Below are positions 10,468 to 20,081 of a DNA stretch of 64,000 bases, one piece after another; position 1 is the stretch's first letter, and every line of letters starts with the position of its first letter. Source of the stretch: Bacteroidia bacterium (lineage in GTDB: Bacteria > Bacteroidota > Bacteroidia > M30B66); NCBI GenBank assembly GCA_965279035.1, contig OZ257142.1, forward strand, positions 480,001 to 544,000. Reading direction: 5' to 3'. A program made the translations under genes and the position numbers. Below the pieces are notes generated by a model. The model made no database searches. It had not been told where the DNA came from and saw only the letters and a program-made list of their open reading frames with translations.

Positions 10468-11496
10468 TTATTTATCGGCCCAAAGCAAAACTGCTCCGGT
10501 AGCAAATAGGTGAATCAAAGCGAGTGGAATCATGTATTGCCAACCCAAACGCATCAATTGATCGTAACGGAAACGTGGTAAAGTCCAGCGAATCCACATG
10601 AACAAGAAGATGAATGCGAAAATTTTGAGAAAGAACACGAATACTCCTATGATGGTGATGATGTTTTGATCTAATCCCAAGCTATCCATGAACGGGAAGT
10701 TATATCCTCCAAAGTACAAGCTTGCCATAAACGCCGATGAAATGAACATGTTGATGTATTCGGCGAACATGAAGAATCCCAATTTCATGGAAGAATATTC
10801 GGTGTGATATCCACCTACTAATTCTGTTTCACATTCAGGCAAATCGAATGGAGTTCGATTACATTCTGCAAAAGCACAGACTACAAAAAGCAAGAATCCG
10901 AATGGTTGATAGAAAATGTTCCAATTCATTCCGTGTTGCTGATCTACAATTTCCTTAAGACTCAATGTCCCTGTCATCATAATCAAGGCAATCAGCGCTA
11001 AGCCCATACTCAACTCATAGCTGATCATTTGCGAAGAAGCACGAATAGCACCGAGTAGCGCGAACTTGTTATTGGACGCCCATCCGCCAATCATAATTCC
11101 ATAAACACCTAAGGATACTACACCAAAAATGTAAAGAACACCGATGTTGAGATCTGAAACTTGAAGCGAAATTTCACGTCCGGCAATGTTCAATGTATCA
11201 CCCCAAGGGATAACAACGCTGGTCATCAAAGCTGTTAGCATCGCGATTCCTGGACCTGCGATGAACAAGAATTTGTCAGAAGCATTCGGAATAATTTCCT
11301 CTTTGAAGAAGAATTTACCCGCATCAGCTAATGGTTGCAAAATACCAAATGGCCCCGCACGATCAGGACCAACGCGGTCTTGCATGAATGCTGCAATTTT
11401 ACGTTCAGCATACGTGCTGTAAGTAGCTATGAGCAGCGTGATGGCAAAAGCGATAAACGCAATGACCGTTTTATCGAGTAAAAACAGCATGTCCAT
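10468..11496 (-). CDS. nuoH: NADH-quinone oxidoreductase subunit H
   Basis: ERKIAAFMQDRVGP, QPLADAGK, RTPFDLPECETELVGGYHTEYS and LPRFRYDQLM motifs. Confidence 0.96.
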   Translation of the reverse strand: MDMLFLLDKTVIAFIAFAITLLIATYSTYAERKIAAFMQDRVGPDRAGPFGILQPLADAGKFFFKEEIIPNASDKFLFIAGPGIAMLTALMTSVVIPWGDTLNIAGREISLQVSDLNIGVLYIFGVVSLGVYGIMIGGWASNNKFALLGAIRASSQMISYELSMGLALIALIMMTGTLSLKEIVDQQHGMNWNIFYQPFGFLLFVVCAFAECNRTPFDLPECETELVGGYHTEYSSMKLGFFMFAEYINMFISSAFMASLYFGGYNFPFMDSLGLDQNIITIIGVFVFFLKIFAFIFLFMWIRWTLPRFRYDQLMRLGWQYMIPLALIHLFATGAVLLWADK

Positions 11497-11497
11497 A

Positions 11498-12475
11498 TCA
11501 GCTCAGTTGTTTGTTAGGAAGGGATTCCGGAGAAGCCACATACTTGGTTCCTTTTTCATAGTGATTGGCCGAAATAACCGAATGACGATCAATCATGCGC
11601 GGTCCTTCTTCAGTCCAATCGCTTAATTCTTTCTTATCGTAACGACAAGTGTTGCAGATGAAATCTTCTACTTCACCCCATTGGTCTTTACGTCCTGTTA
11701 CACGGTAAATAGCATTTCCGTATTTCCAGATAACAGCTTTACCGGTGCACTTATCATTGTCGCAATTGCGGTGAGCATCCATCGGTTTGAGGAACCAAAC
11801 ACGACTTTTGAAGCGGAACGTTTTATCGGTAAGCGCTCCAACCGGACAAACATCAATCATGTTACCCGAGAATTCGTTTTCGATGGAATTTTGGATGTAG
11901 GTGCTGATTTCAGCCACATCACCACGATTGATTACCCCGTGAACGCGTCCCGGAGTGAGTTGATCAGCCACTTTCACACAACGGAAGCACATAATGCAAC
12001 GGTTCATGTGAAGTTGGATTTTCTCACCAATATCAATACGTTCAAACGTACGGCGCTCAAACTCGTAACGACTTTTGCTTCGTCCGTTTTCGTAGGAAAG
12101 ATCTTGTAAATGACATTCGCCAGCTTGATCGCAAACAGGGCAATCGAGTGGGTGATTGATCAATAGAAATTCAACAACACCTTTACGTGCATCCACCACT
12201 TCTGGTGAAGTGTAATTCTGAACTTCCATTCCGTCCATCACAGTGGTACGGCAAGAAGCAACCAGTTTTGGCATCGGGCGCGGATCTTTTTCCGAGCCTT
12301 TGCTCACTTTTACAATACAGGTACGGCAGTATCCTCCCGAAGTTTTTAGCTTCGAATAATAGCACATAGCAGGCGGCGCCACTTCTTTCCCAATCATGCG
12401 GGCAGCCTGAAGAATCGTTGTTCCCGGAGGAACCTCGATGGTTTGATTGTCGATCGTTACTTTCAGCAAGTCCAT
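11498..12475 (-). CDS. nuoG: NADH-quinone oxidoreductase subunit G, short form (Fe-S domains only)
   Basis: 2Fe-2S domain (CYY...CRTC...ASC), NHPLDCPVCDQAGECHLQD, RCIMCFRCV and DVCPVGALT motifs; position between nuoF and nuoH. Likely start is ATG 12475. Confidence 0.92.
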   Translation of the reverse strand: MDLLKVTIDNQTIEVPPGTTILQAARMIGKEVAPPAMCYYSKLKTSGGYCRTCIVKVSKGSEKDPRPMPKLVASCRTTVMDGMEVQNYTSPEVVDARKGVVEFLLINHPLDCPVCDQAGECHLQDLSYENGRSKSRYEFERRTFERIDIGEKIQLHMNRCIMCFRCVKVADQLTPGRVHGVINRGDVAEISTYIQNSIENEFSGNMIDVCPVGALTDKTFRFKSRVWFLKPMDAHRNCDNDKCTGKAVIWKYGNAIYRVTGRKDQWGEVEDFICNTCRYDKKELSDWTEEGPRMIDRHSVISANHYEKGTKYVASPESLPNKQLS

Positions 12476-12491
12476 AGATACATGCGTCAAA

Positions 12492-13853
12492 TTAAGCGTT
12501 GACCGGAGCCGGAGCTACGGGCATAATAGGTTCACGTTGTCCGTGTTTCGGATCTTTCACTTTATCAGGGAAATTCACGTGGTATTCGAATTCGTGGCGA
12601 AAGTGACGAACGGCAGCAGCAACAGGCCAAGCAGCAGCATCACCCAGCGGACAAATGGTATTTCCTTCGATTCGGCGAGCTACATCAACCAAAAGATCGA
12701 TATCGTCCATGTTGCCCAACCCTTTTTCCAAGCGATGTAGCACTTTTTCCATCCATCCCGTTCCTTCGCGACAAGGGCTGCACTGACCACAACTTTCGTG
12801 ATGGTAGAAACGGCTGAAGTTCCATGTATTACGAACGATACATTGATTTTCGTCGTACACGATAAATCCTCCAGAACCCAACATAGAACCCGTTGCAAAA
12901 CCACCATCAGAAAGCGATTCGTAGGTCATCAAGCGAGGTTCTCCTGCTGCTGTTTTGCAGACTAGGTAATCGGGTAGAATTGGAACAGAAGAGCCGCCAG
13001 GAACACATGCTTTCATGCGTTTTCCATTGGCAATTCCTCCACAATATTCGTCAGAGAAAATAAATTCTTCAACTGGTAAGCCGAGTTCAATTTCGTAAAC
13101 GCCTGGTTTGTTAATGTTTCCAGAAGCTGAAATCAATTTTGTTCCGGTTGAACGACCTACTCCTATTTTAGAATAAGCTTCCCCACCATCGTTCACAATT
13201 GGAACAACGGCAGCAATGGTTTCTACGTTATTTACAACTGTTGGACAACCATACAATCCAGCAATTGCGGGAAATGGAGGTTTGATACGAGGATTTCCGC
13301 GTTTTCCTTCGAGTGATTCGAGCAATGCGGTTTCTTCTCCACAGATGTATGCTCCACCGCCAACTTGAACGTATAAGTCGAGATCGTAACCCGAACCTAA
13401 GATGTTTTTACCTAGCCAGCCATTTGCGTATGCTTCGGCGATGGCGTTTTCGAGGATGCGGGAAACATAGAAATATTCTCCGCGGATATAGATATAGGAA
13501 GTGTTTGCACCTAAAGCGAAACTGGAAGTAATCATCCCTTCGATGAGCAAATGTGGAATGTGCTCCATCAGGTAACGATCCTTGAACGTTCCAGGTTCGG
13601 ATTCGTCGGCATTGCAAACGAGATAACGAGCAACACCTTCGGGTTTAGCGAGGAAGCTCCATTTCATTCCTGTAGGGAAACCGGCCCCTCCGCGTCCACG
13701 TAATCCGGAAGTTTTCACTTCTTCGACGATGGCTTCAGGAGTCATGGTTTTGATGGCTTTCTCTACAGAAGCATACCCGCCTTTGGAGCGATACACCTCA
13801 TATGTTTGAATGCCTGGTACGTTTTCGTGTGTTAACAGCAGTTTTCTACCCAT
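12492..13853 (-). CDS. nuoF: NADH-quinone oxidoreductase subunit F
   Basis: GLRGRGGAGFPTG, CNADESEPGTFKDR, GAYICGEETAL and ESCGQCSPCREG motifs. Confidence 0.97.
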   Translation of the reverse strand: MGRKLLLTHENVPGIQTYEVYRSKGGYASVEKAIKTMTPEAIVEEVKTSGLRGRGGAGFPTGMKWSFLAKPEGVARYLVCNADESEPGTFKDRYLMEHIPHLLIEGMITSSFALGANTSYIYIRGEYFYVSRILENAIAEAYANGWLGKNILGSGYDLDLYVQVGGGAYICGEETALLESLEGKRGNPRIKPPFPAIAGLYGCPTVVNNVETIAAVVPIVNDGGEAYSKIGVGRSTGTKLISASGNINKPGVYEIELGLPVEEFIFSDEYCGGIANGKRMKACVPGGSSVPILPDYLVCKTAAGEPRLMTYESLSDGGFATGSMLGSGGFIVYDENQCIVRNTWNFSRFYHHESCGQCSPCREGTGWMEKVLHRLEKGLGNMDDIDLLVDVARRIEGNTICPLGDAAAWPVAAAVRHFRHEFEYHVNFPDKVKDPKHGQREPIMPVAPAPVNA

Positions 13854-13864
13854 GATGCGCGCTA

Positions 13865-14446
13865 TTACTTACTGTTTTTGTAATCAAGATCGGTGTAGTT
13901 GTGGCGCTTGTTTTCGCTTTTAAAACGATCGAGTAAAGCATCCACTTTGGCTTCGGTGAGGTTTTCGTGGTATTCGGCACCGCATTGAAGCATCGGAGCA
14001 CTGCCACAAGAACCTAAACACTCCACAGTTTTAAGTGTGAACATGCCATCGGGTGTGGTTTCTCCCACTTTTAAGTTGAGTTTTTTGCTGATGTAATCAA
14101 CAATGTCTTCCGCCCCGCGTGTCCAACAAGAAGAAGTACGGCATACTTCCAAATGACATTTTCCTACTGGTTGTAAGTTGTACATCGAATAAAACGAAGC
14201 AACTTCAAACACTTCAATGGCTTGAATCCCTAGAATTTGAGCAACCAAATCCATAGCTTCTGGACTTAACCAACCTTCATTCTCCGCTTGTGCAATGTGA
14301 AGAATAGGTAATAAGGCTGATTTGCTTTTCCCTTCGGGATAGCGACTGATGATTTTCTGAATGGTAGCCATCGCGTCCTCGCTGAATTTCAGCTGAGATC
14401 GGAGGGCTGGGTCGAAGGAATGCGTTCCTGTTGGATGTGCTGACAT
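13865..14446 (-). CDS. nuoE: NADH-quinone oxidoreductase subunit E
   Basis: EVASFYSMY, VCRTSSC and ECLGSC (2Fe-2S) motifs. Start taken at ATG 14446, after the nuoD stop. Confidence 0.94.
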   Translation of the reverse strand: MSAHPTGTHSFDPALRSQLKFSEDAMATIQKIISRYPEGKSKSALLPILHIAQAENEGWLSPEAMDLVAQILGIQAIEVFEVASFYSMYNLQPVGKCHLEVCRTSSCWTRGAEDIVDYISKKLNLKVGETTPDGMFTLKTVECLGSCGSAPMLQCGAEYHENLTEAKVDALLDRFKSENKRHNYTDLDYKNSK

Positions 14447-14456
14447 TCGATAAATT

Positions 14457-15668
14457 TTAAGCGTCGAGTTCGCCGGCAATGACGTTCATACTCGACATAG
14501 TAAGGATGGCATCGGAAAGCATCGAACCTTTGATCATTTCCGGGTAAGCCTGATAGTAAATGAAACAAGGACGGCGGAAGTGAAGACGATAAGGAGTTCG
14601 GCCACCATCCGAGATGAGGTAATAACCAACTTCTCCATTTCCACCTTCAACAGAATGGTAAACTTCCCCTTTTGGAAGATCTACTTCGCCCATCACAATT
14701 TTGAAATGCCAAATGAGAGCTTCCATGCTGGAATACACGTCTTTCTTGGCAGGAAGATAGAATTCGGGGCAATCTGCCACAAAGTTCCCTTCGGGTAAAT
14801 TATTAAGAGCTGTTTCAATAATTTTCAAACTCTCACGAATTTCGGCTTGACGCACACAAAAACGATCGTATGTATCGCCACTCGTTCCAACCGGAATGGT
14901 GAAATCAAAATCGTTGTAAGAGCAATATGGATTCATCACTCGGACATCATAATCAACACCCGCAGCTCGTAAATTTGGGCCGCTGAAGCTATATTCCAAC
15001 GCACGTTCACCTGAAATAGGGCCAACATTGATAATGCGATCCATGAAAATTCGGTTACGTAATAACATGCCTTCGAACTCATCGAAACGTTTCGGAAATC
15101 CAGAAATGAAATCACGAATCATCTGAATAGTCTTCGCACTGAAATCGCGTTCGAAACCACCAATACGACCAATGTTCGTCGTTAAGCGGGCACCACACAT
15201 TTGCTCGAAAATATCATAGATGCGTTCACGCTCTTGGAACATGTAGGTAAAACCTGTCAAAGCTCCAGTATCTACGCCAATTACCGTGTTGCAAACAATA
15301 TGATCGGCGATACGAGAAAGCTCCATCACGATTACACGCATGTAATCAACGCGTTTTGGAGTTTGTACACCCAAAAGTTTCTCTACTGTTAAATGCCAAC
15401 CGATGTTATTGATTGGTGAAGAACAATAGTTAAGGCGATCGGTGATAGGTGTTACTTGATAAAAAGGGCGATGCTCAGCCAATTTCTCAAATGCACGATG
15501 GATATAGCCAATAGTGGCTTCGGAGCTCATGATGATCTCTCCGTCCATTTGCAAAATATTTTGAAAAACCCCGTGAGTAGCTGGGTGAGTAGGTCCAAGA
15601 TTAAGCGTATTGTATTGCTTATTCTCCGATTGGATGTTCTCTTCGCCGAAAATCGATTGTTCTGCCAT
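14457..15668 (-). CDS. nuoD: NADH-quinone oxidoreductase subunit D
   Basis: LNLGPTHPATHGVF, IGYIHRAFEK, DRLNY and GDTYDR motifs. Likely start is ATG 15668. Confidence 0.96.
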   Translation of the reverse strand: MAEQSIFGEENIQSENKQYNTLNLGPTHPATHGVFQNILQMDGEIIMSSEATIGYIHRAFEKLAEHRPFYQVTPITDRLNYCSSPINNIGWHLTVEKLLGVQTPKRVDYMRVIVMELSRIADHIVCNTVIGVDTGALTGFTYMFQERERIYDIFEQMCGARLTTNIGRIGGFERDFSAKTIQMIRDFISGFPKRFDEFEGMLLRNRIFMDRIINVGPISGERALEYSFSGPNLRAAGVDYDVRVMNPYCSYNDFDFTIPVGTSGDTYDRFCVRQAEIRESLKIIETALNNLPEGNFVADCPEFYLPAKKDVYSSMEALIWHFKIVMGEVDLPKGEVYHSVEGGNGEVGYYLISDGGRTPYRLHFRRPCFIYYQAYPEMIKGSMLSDAILTMSSMNVIAGELDA

Positions 15669-15678
15669 GAATTTCGTG

Positions 15679-16182
15679 TTAACGTCCAAAGAAACGGTCG
15701 TCTTTATCTTCGCGGGAAGAATCTTCCAGCGGGTATTGTTTCAACATGGGGAAAATCTCCATGTGATCTACATTGAGAATGCGTTTTAGGTTCGGGTGAC
15801 CGAGGAATCGTACTCCAAAGAAGTCGTAGGTTTCGCGTTCCATCCAGTTAGCTCCAGCAAATAATCCAGTAGCCGAAGCGATTTCGGTATTGGTTTCTGG
15901 AATCCAGCATTTGATGCGGATGCGAACGTTGTTGGTAAGGCTGTGAAGGTGATATACTACTGCGATTTCACGTCCTTTTTGATCAGGCATGTGAACAGCA
16001 CATAAATCGGTGAGGTACCCGAAAGCTAAATCGGATTCATTTTTCAGAAAACCGATTACATCCAGATTACGATCAGCAGGTACTTCAATGGTAAGAAAGC
16101 CATAAGGCTCGTCGTGACTGAGAATCGCGTCTCCAAATTTATCCTGAAGTCGACTCAGGGTTATTTCTTGGGTCAGTGCCAT
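15679..16182 (-). CDS. nuoC: NADH-quinone oxidoreductase subunit C
   Basis: ANWMERETYDFFGVRFLGHPNLKRIL motif. Likely start is ATG 16182. Confidence 0.95.
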   Translation of the reverse strand: MALTQEITLSRLQDKFGDAILSHDEPYGFLTIEVPADRNLDVIGFLKNESDLAFGYLTDLCAVHMPDQKGREIAVVYHLHSLTNNVRIRIKCWIPETNTEIASATGLFAGANWMERETYDFFGVRFLGHPNLKRILNVDHMEIFPMLKQYPLEDSSREDKDDRFFGR

Positions 16183-16183
16183 A

Positions 16184-16726
16184 TTATTCGATACCGTAAG
16201 AGGCAAGTAAAGCTTTGTATTCGGGTTGATTGCGGCGACGCAGGCTTTCGTTTTTCACGAGTTCCTGAATTTTCATGATGCCATCGATAATTTGTTCTGG
16301 ACGAGGAGGGCATCCAGGTACATATACATCAACCGGAATTACTCGGTCGATACCTTGAAGAACGCTATATGTATCGAAAATCCCACCACTTGAGGCACAT
16401 GCTCCAACTGAAATCACCCAACGTGGTTCAGCCATTTGCTCGTAAACGTGTTTAAGAACTGGGGCCATTTTTTTAGCAATGGTACCCATCACCATCAATA
16501 AATCGGCTTGGCGAGGAGAGAAACTCAATCGCTCTGAACCAAAACGAGCTAAATCGTAATTGGATGCCATAGTTGCCATGAACTCAATTCCACAACAAGA
16601 AGTTGCGAATGGCAAAGGCCAAATCGAATTAGCACGTGCAAGACCGATTACCGAATCCAGACTCGTAGCAAAGAAACCTTGTCCTTCTACACCTGCTGGT
16701 GCATCCACCATCTTCAAATCACTCAT
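16184..16726 (-). CDS. nuoB: NADH-quinone oxidoreductase subunit B
   Basis: [23 protein letters not shown] and VPGCPPRPE motifs. Confidence 0.97.
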   Translation of the reverse strand: MSDLKMVDAPAGVEGQGFFATSLDSVIGLARANSIWPLPFATSCCGIEFMATMASNYDLARFGSERLSFSPRQADLLMVMGTIAKKMAPVLKHVYEQMAEPRWVISVGACASSGGIFDTYSVLQGIDRVIPVDVYVPGCPPRPEQIIDGIMKIQELVKNESLRRRNQPEYKALLASYGIE

Positions 16727-16747
16727 ATCGCTTTGTGTATTGTTGGA

Positions 16748-17110
16748 TTATTCCCATTTGAATGCGTCTTTCTTCCACAGATAAAGAAATCCAAGTAGGA
16801 AGAAAGCAACAAAAATTAGCATGCTGATAAAGCCATCCAACCCAGAATCGCGGAAGTTGGTTGCCCATGGATAGAAAAAGATTACTTCCACATCGAACAA
16901 AACGAAAAGAATAGCGGTGAGGAAATACTTAATGGAGAAAGGTAAACGTGCGTTTCCTTTGGATTCAATTCCGCACTCAAAACTTTCGAGTTTGCGATCT
17001 CCTTTACGTTTTGGTCCAATTAAGTGGGTAATAACGAGCACCATTAGTACAAAGCCCGCAGCAAAAACCAATTGTATCAGTAGCGGGATGTATTCGCTTG
17101 TTCCGTTCAT
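16748..17110 (-). CDS. nuoA: NADH-quinone oxidoreductase subunit A
   Basis: FECG and FVLFDVEVIFFYPWA motifs; 3 TM segments. Likely start is ATG 17110. Confidence 0.95.
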   Translation of the reverse strand: MNGTSEYIPLLIQLVFAAGFVLMVLVITHLIGPKRKGDRKLESFECGIESKGNARLPFSIKYFLTAILFVLFDVEVIFFYPWATNFRDSGLDGFISMLIFVAFFLLGFLYLWKKDAFKWE

Positions 17111-17184
17111 GAGCGTTAGTTTTGGCGAATGATGTAACACAGTTTTCGTGAATGTGTTCAGCGATTCCACCCGAATTTTGCGCC

Positions 17185-17192
17185 CAAATGTA
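17185..17192 (-). promoter_or_regulatory. Bacteroidota housekeeping -7 promoter element (TACATTTG) for the nuo operon
   Basis: Exact TAnnTTTG match on the minus strand about 75 nt upstream of nuoA. Confidence 0.65.
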
Positions 17193-17387
17193 CAAACATT
17201 TGTATTTCAAGAAAGCAGAAGTTTTTTATGAAATACATTGTTCTTTTAACAAAAGATTTAAACCCTGTATTTAATTTATTTCGGTGAATTTATAAATGAA
17301 CAGAGCACATTCAGAGGGATAAATGATTATCAAGACTCAGTAATTTAAATTAGATTTACTTCAGTTTCTAAAGAATATATGCTCCAA

Positions 17388-17414
17388 TGCAACGCATTAT
17401 TCAGTTTATGCGTC
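17388..17414 (+). promoter_or_regulatory. Candidate ECF sigma promoter TGCAAC-N17-CGTC upstream of the lipoprotein/ECF/anti-sigma operon
   Basis: TGCAAC at 17388-17393 and CGTC at 17411-17414 with a 17-nt spacer. The AAC/CGT cores are typical of ECF promoters, and the same motif recurs at 20049-20075. Confidence 0.65.
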
Positions 17415-17437
17415 TAATAAACAGGAACATAGAACCC

Positions 17438-18136
17438 ATGAAAAATCCTTACTTCAAACTTACATCGTCGGTCTTTTTAGCCATAATAGTAACATTATTA
17501 GGTTCTTGTGGCAAAAAATTCAAAGAAACATCTCCTTTGAACGTGACAGTTAAAATGGTCAACACAGATGTTTCAGAACATTTTTCATTTGAATCAGGGG
17601 AAATGTATTTGGGCACATTTGGAATGAATGGAGATCGCAAGCAAGGTGATGATGTGCTTTTTTCAAATGTTCTTTCCGATGGAACAACAGCTGATTTAAA
17701 AACAGGTGTAATTTCTCCGGTATTAACGTATGATTTACCACAAGGAACCTACACGACACTTTCTATTAATTTGGGAAGCAAACCGAAACAGTCACTGGGT
17801 GCAATTCGGCTTATAGGGAAATACATTCAAATAGAACAAGGAGGTGAGCAGGAAACTCATCAGATTGTTTTTCAATATTCTCCAGCAACTATGTATTCAT
17901 TAAATGCTATTACTTCGGGAGAGATTAATATTTTATCAGACAAATCAACCACAGTCAAAATAGAGATGGACGCCCATTACCTTTTCTCGGCAGTTCCTGA
18001 AAATCTGTGGCATACAGCTCAGCATATTGAATTGGATGGGAAAGAGACAATCTTTATCACCGATATAAATAACACAAGCATTTACAATCTTCTTATAACG
18101 CGTTTAAATGCAGCATTCTCGGTACACATTGAGTAA
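17438..18136 (+). CDS. Hypothetical lipoprotein, first gene of the ECF operon
   Basis: MKNPYFK...IIVTLLGS-C lipoprotein signal and a beta-rich mature part. Its stop lies 6 nt before the sigma start. Confidence 0.7.
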   Translation: MKNPYFKLTSSVFLAIIVTLLGSCGKKFKETSPLNVTVKMVNTDVSEHFSFESGEMYLGTFGMNGDRKQGDDVLFSNVLSDGTTADLKTGVISPVLTYDLPQGTYTTLSINLGSKPKQSLGAIRLIGKYIQIEQGGEQETHQIVFQYSPATMYSLNAITSGEINILSDKSTTVKIEMDAHYLFSAVPENLWHTAQHIELDGKETIFITDINNTSIYNLLITRLNAAFSVHIE

Positions 18137-18142
18137 TTGAAC

Positions 18143-18730
18143 ATGGCAGATGAAGCCACAGAGAAGCAATTAATCGAAGGATGTGTTCGTGAAGAACGCC
18201 GCTTTCAGGAATTGCTATATCAACGCTTCTCGCCAAAAATGTATTCCGTATGTAAAGGTTATGCTGTAAGGAATAATGAAGCAGCCGACTTATTACAAGA
18301 AGCCTTCATAAAGATTTTTAAAAACATCGGGGAGTTCCGGTTTGATTGTCCTCTTGAAGGTTGGATTCGACGAGTTGTGGTCAATACAGCGATAGATCAT
18401 TACCGAAAAGATGTTCGACAATTGCCTTCGGTTTCGCTTGATGATACTGCCGAAACAGCTGATGAAACGGAGTTTTCACATCCAACGGATCATCAATATT
18501 TTTTAAAAATGATTTCGGCTTTACCTGATGGATATCGATTGGTATTTAATCTTTATGTGATTGAAGGATTGAATCATCGGGAAATAGCAGAAAAAATAGG
18601 CATTAGCGAAGGCACATCAAAGTCGCAACTAGCTCGCGCTAAAAAATACCTGCAGCAACGATTAAAGCAGGAAATGAATTTACAAGTTAATCCTCAAAGC
18701 AATGAAGGAAGATATTTTCAATTGGTATAA
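18143..18730 (+). CDS. ECF RNA polymerase sigma-70 factor
   Basis: Region 2 (DLLQEAFIKIF, LEGWIRRVVVNTAID) and region 4 (LPDGYRLVFNLYVIEGLNHREIAEKIGISEGTSKSQLARAK). Confidence 0.95.
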   Translation: MADEATEKQLIEGCVREERRFQELLYQRFSPKMYSVCKGYAVRNNEAADLLQEAFIKIFKNIGEFRFDCPLEGWIRRVVVNTAIDHYRKDVRQLPSVSLDDTAETADETEFSHPTDHQYFLKMISALPDGYRLVFNLYVIEGLNHREIAEKIGISEGTSKSQLARAKKYLQQRLKQEMNLQVNPQSNEGRYFQLV

Positions 18731-20030
18731 AAAGGGATTTGAATCCCTCCCACAAGAAACTCCTCCACCCATGATATGGGAAAACGTGGAGGCAGCTCTC
18801 GATGGAAAACCGAATCGGAGAAAACCATTGGGAATCTGGTGGTGGACAAGTGGTCTGTTTATTTTGCTCGTTTCAGCCGGCATCCTAATTTCGAAAATGA
18901 ATAGTGGTTCCAATGAAAACACAGCGAATGTGAACAGCTCGAATGTTGGGAAATCTGCTAAAAATGAATCAGTTGCATTATACAATAAATCGTTAATCAC
19001 TACTGATTTGAATTCTAATTCCTCAATTACGGAAATAGAAAAGGCAGAAGTGAAAAGCAATACAGCAGAATCAAACGAAATTTCTGTTCAAGAAACAGTT
19101 CAGCCTAAATCAGGTTTGTATGTAATACCAGTGGTTATAGAGGAAGAAATCGCACAGATTAATTCTACTATTGAAATGCCCAAAGAAGCGAATAAATTGA
19201 ATAATGTAAATCAATCTGAAATTAAACAACCACTATTAGTTGAAATTCCTGAAGAAGAATTGGTGGAAGCTCCATCTCAATCAAATGATATCTTGAGTTC
19301 TTTGAGTGCGATAGAAATTACGAATCAACCAATTCCTTTAGTTCTAAATTCAAAAGAAGAAAATTTTCCAGCGTTTGTAATGCCTTCTGAAGGTTCAAAC
19401 GGACCACGTTGGAGTTTTGGTATTGCTTCGGAAGTGAATAATAATTGGCTGTTTAATCATGATTTTGTGGATGCGTTGAGGAAAGAGTCAAATAACTCAA
19501 TCATGCCTCATTTTAGTTCTACTTGGTCATTTTCTGCTGCAAAGGAATTCCTTCCAGGACAAAGCATTCGAACCGAATTCATTGTTTCTAAAAGAGAAGG
19601 ACAGCACTATTTAATATATTCAGAGGGAATGCTTCAACAAAAAACCATTCATTTAAATTATTCTGGAGCTACAATTCTGTATGATCATGCTAAACTCAAT
19701 AGCCGCATATTCCTCGGAATTCCTTTGAGAACTCATTGGTTGGTTGGAACTTCCGTTTGTTATTTATCCGAAAGCACTTTTGCCTTTGGAGGACAAGTTA
19801 CTAATCCACTTGGGTACCGTAAAATGAATGTTTCTTTGGTTGGTGGATTTGAAAAGGAAATGCTGTTTTCTAAACATCTTTCATTTGGAACCGGCCTTCG
19901 TTTATATGGTGGGTTAACTAATATTTTCAAGGGATATGAGAATATTCCATCTTGGTTTAACCGAACTCATACTGGAAATATTGCTTGGACATTCTCACTT
20001 CGATATACGATTGGTATCCCAAAGCATTAA
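18702..20030 (+). CDS. Putative anti-sigma factor with a single TM helix, low-complexity linker and C-terminal outer-membrane beta-barrel-like domain
   Basis: Overlaps the sigma gene end. N-terminal PPPMIWENVEAAL helix, then TM WWWTSGLFILLVSAGILI, a ~170-aa N/S/E-rich linker, and amphipathic beta strands ending in WTFSLRYTI. Confidence 0.7.
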   Translation: MKEDIFNWYKKGFESLPQETPPPMIWENVEAALDGKPNRRKPLGIWWWTSGLFILLVSAGILISKMNSGSNENTANVNSSNVGKSAKNESVALYNKSLITTDLNSNSSITEIEKAEVKSNTAESNEISVQETVQPKSGLYVIPVVIEEEIAQINSTIEMPKEANKLNNVNQSEIKQPLLVEIPEEELVEAPSQSNDILSSLSAIEITNQPIPLVLNSKEENFPAFVMPSEGSNGPRWSFGIASEVNNNWLFNHDFVDALRKESNNSIMPHFSSTWSFSAAKEFLPGQSIRTEFIVSKREGQHYLIYSEGMLQQKTIHLNYSGATILYDHAKLNSRIFLGIPLRTHWLVGTSVCYLSESTFAFGGQVTNPLGYRKMNVSLVGGFEKEMLFSKHLSFGTGLRLYGGLTNIFKGYENIPSWFNRTHTGNIAWTFSLRYTIGIPKH

Positions 20031-20048
20031 AGAAAAATTAAAAGTTCA

Positions 20049-20075
20049 TGCAACCCTCATTTTAGTTTGATCGTC
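20049..20075 (+). promoter_or_regulatory. Second candidate ECF promoter TGCAAC-N17-CGTC
   Basis: TGCAAC at 20049-20054 and CGTC at 20072-20075. Same hexamer, spacer length and -10 core as 17388-17414; both copies are preceded by A and contain AGTTT in the spacer. Confidence 0.6.
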
Positions 20076-20081
20076 CTTTTT

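Noticed and set aside
17146-17163. Rex-like box (GTGAA-tgtg-TTCA) in the nuoA leader
   Set aside because: The outer palindrome positions do not match TTGTGAA-N4-TTCACAA; this is chance-level in AT-rich DNA.
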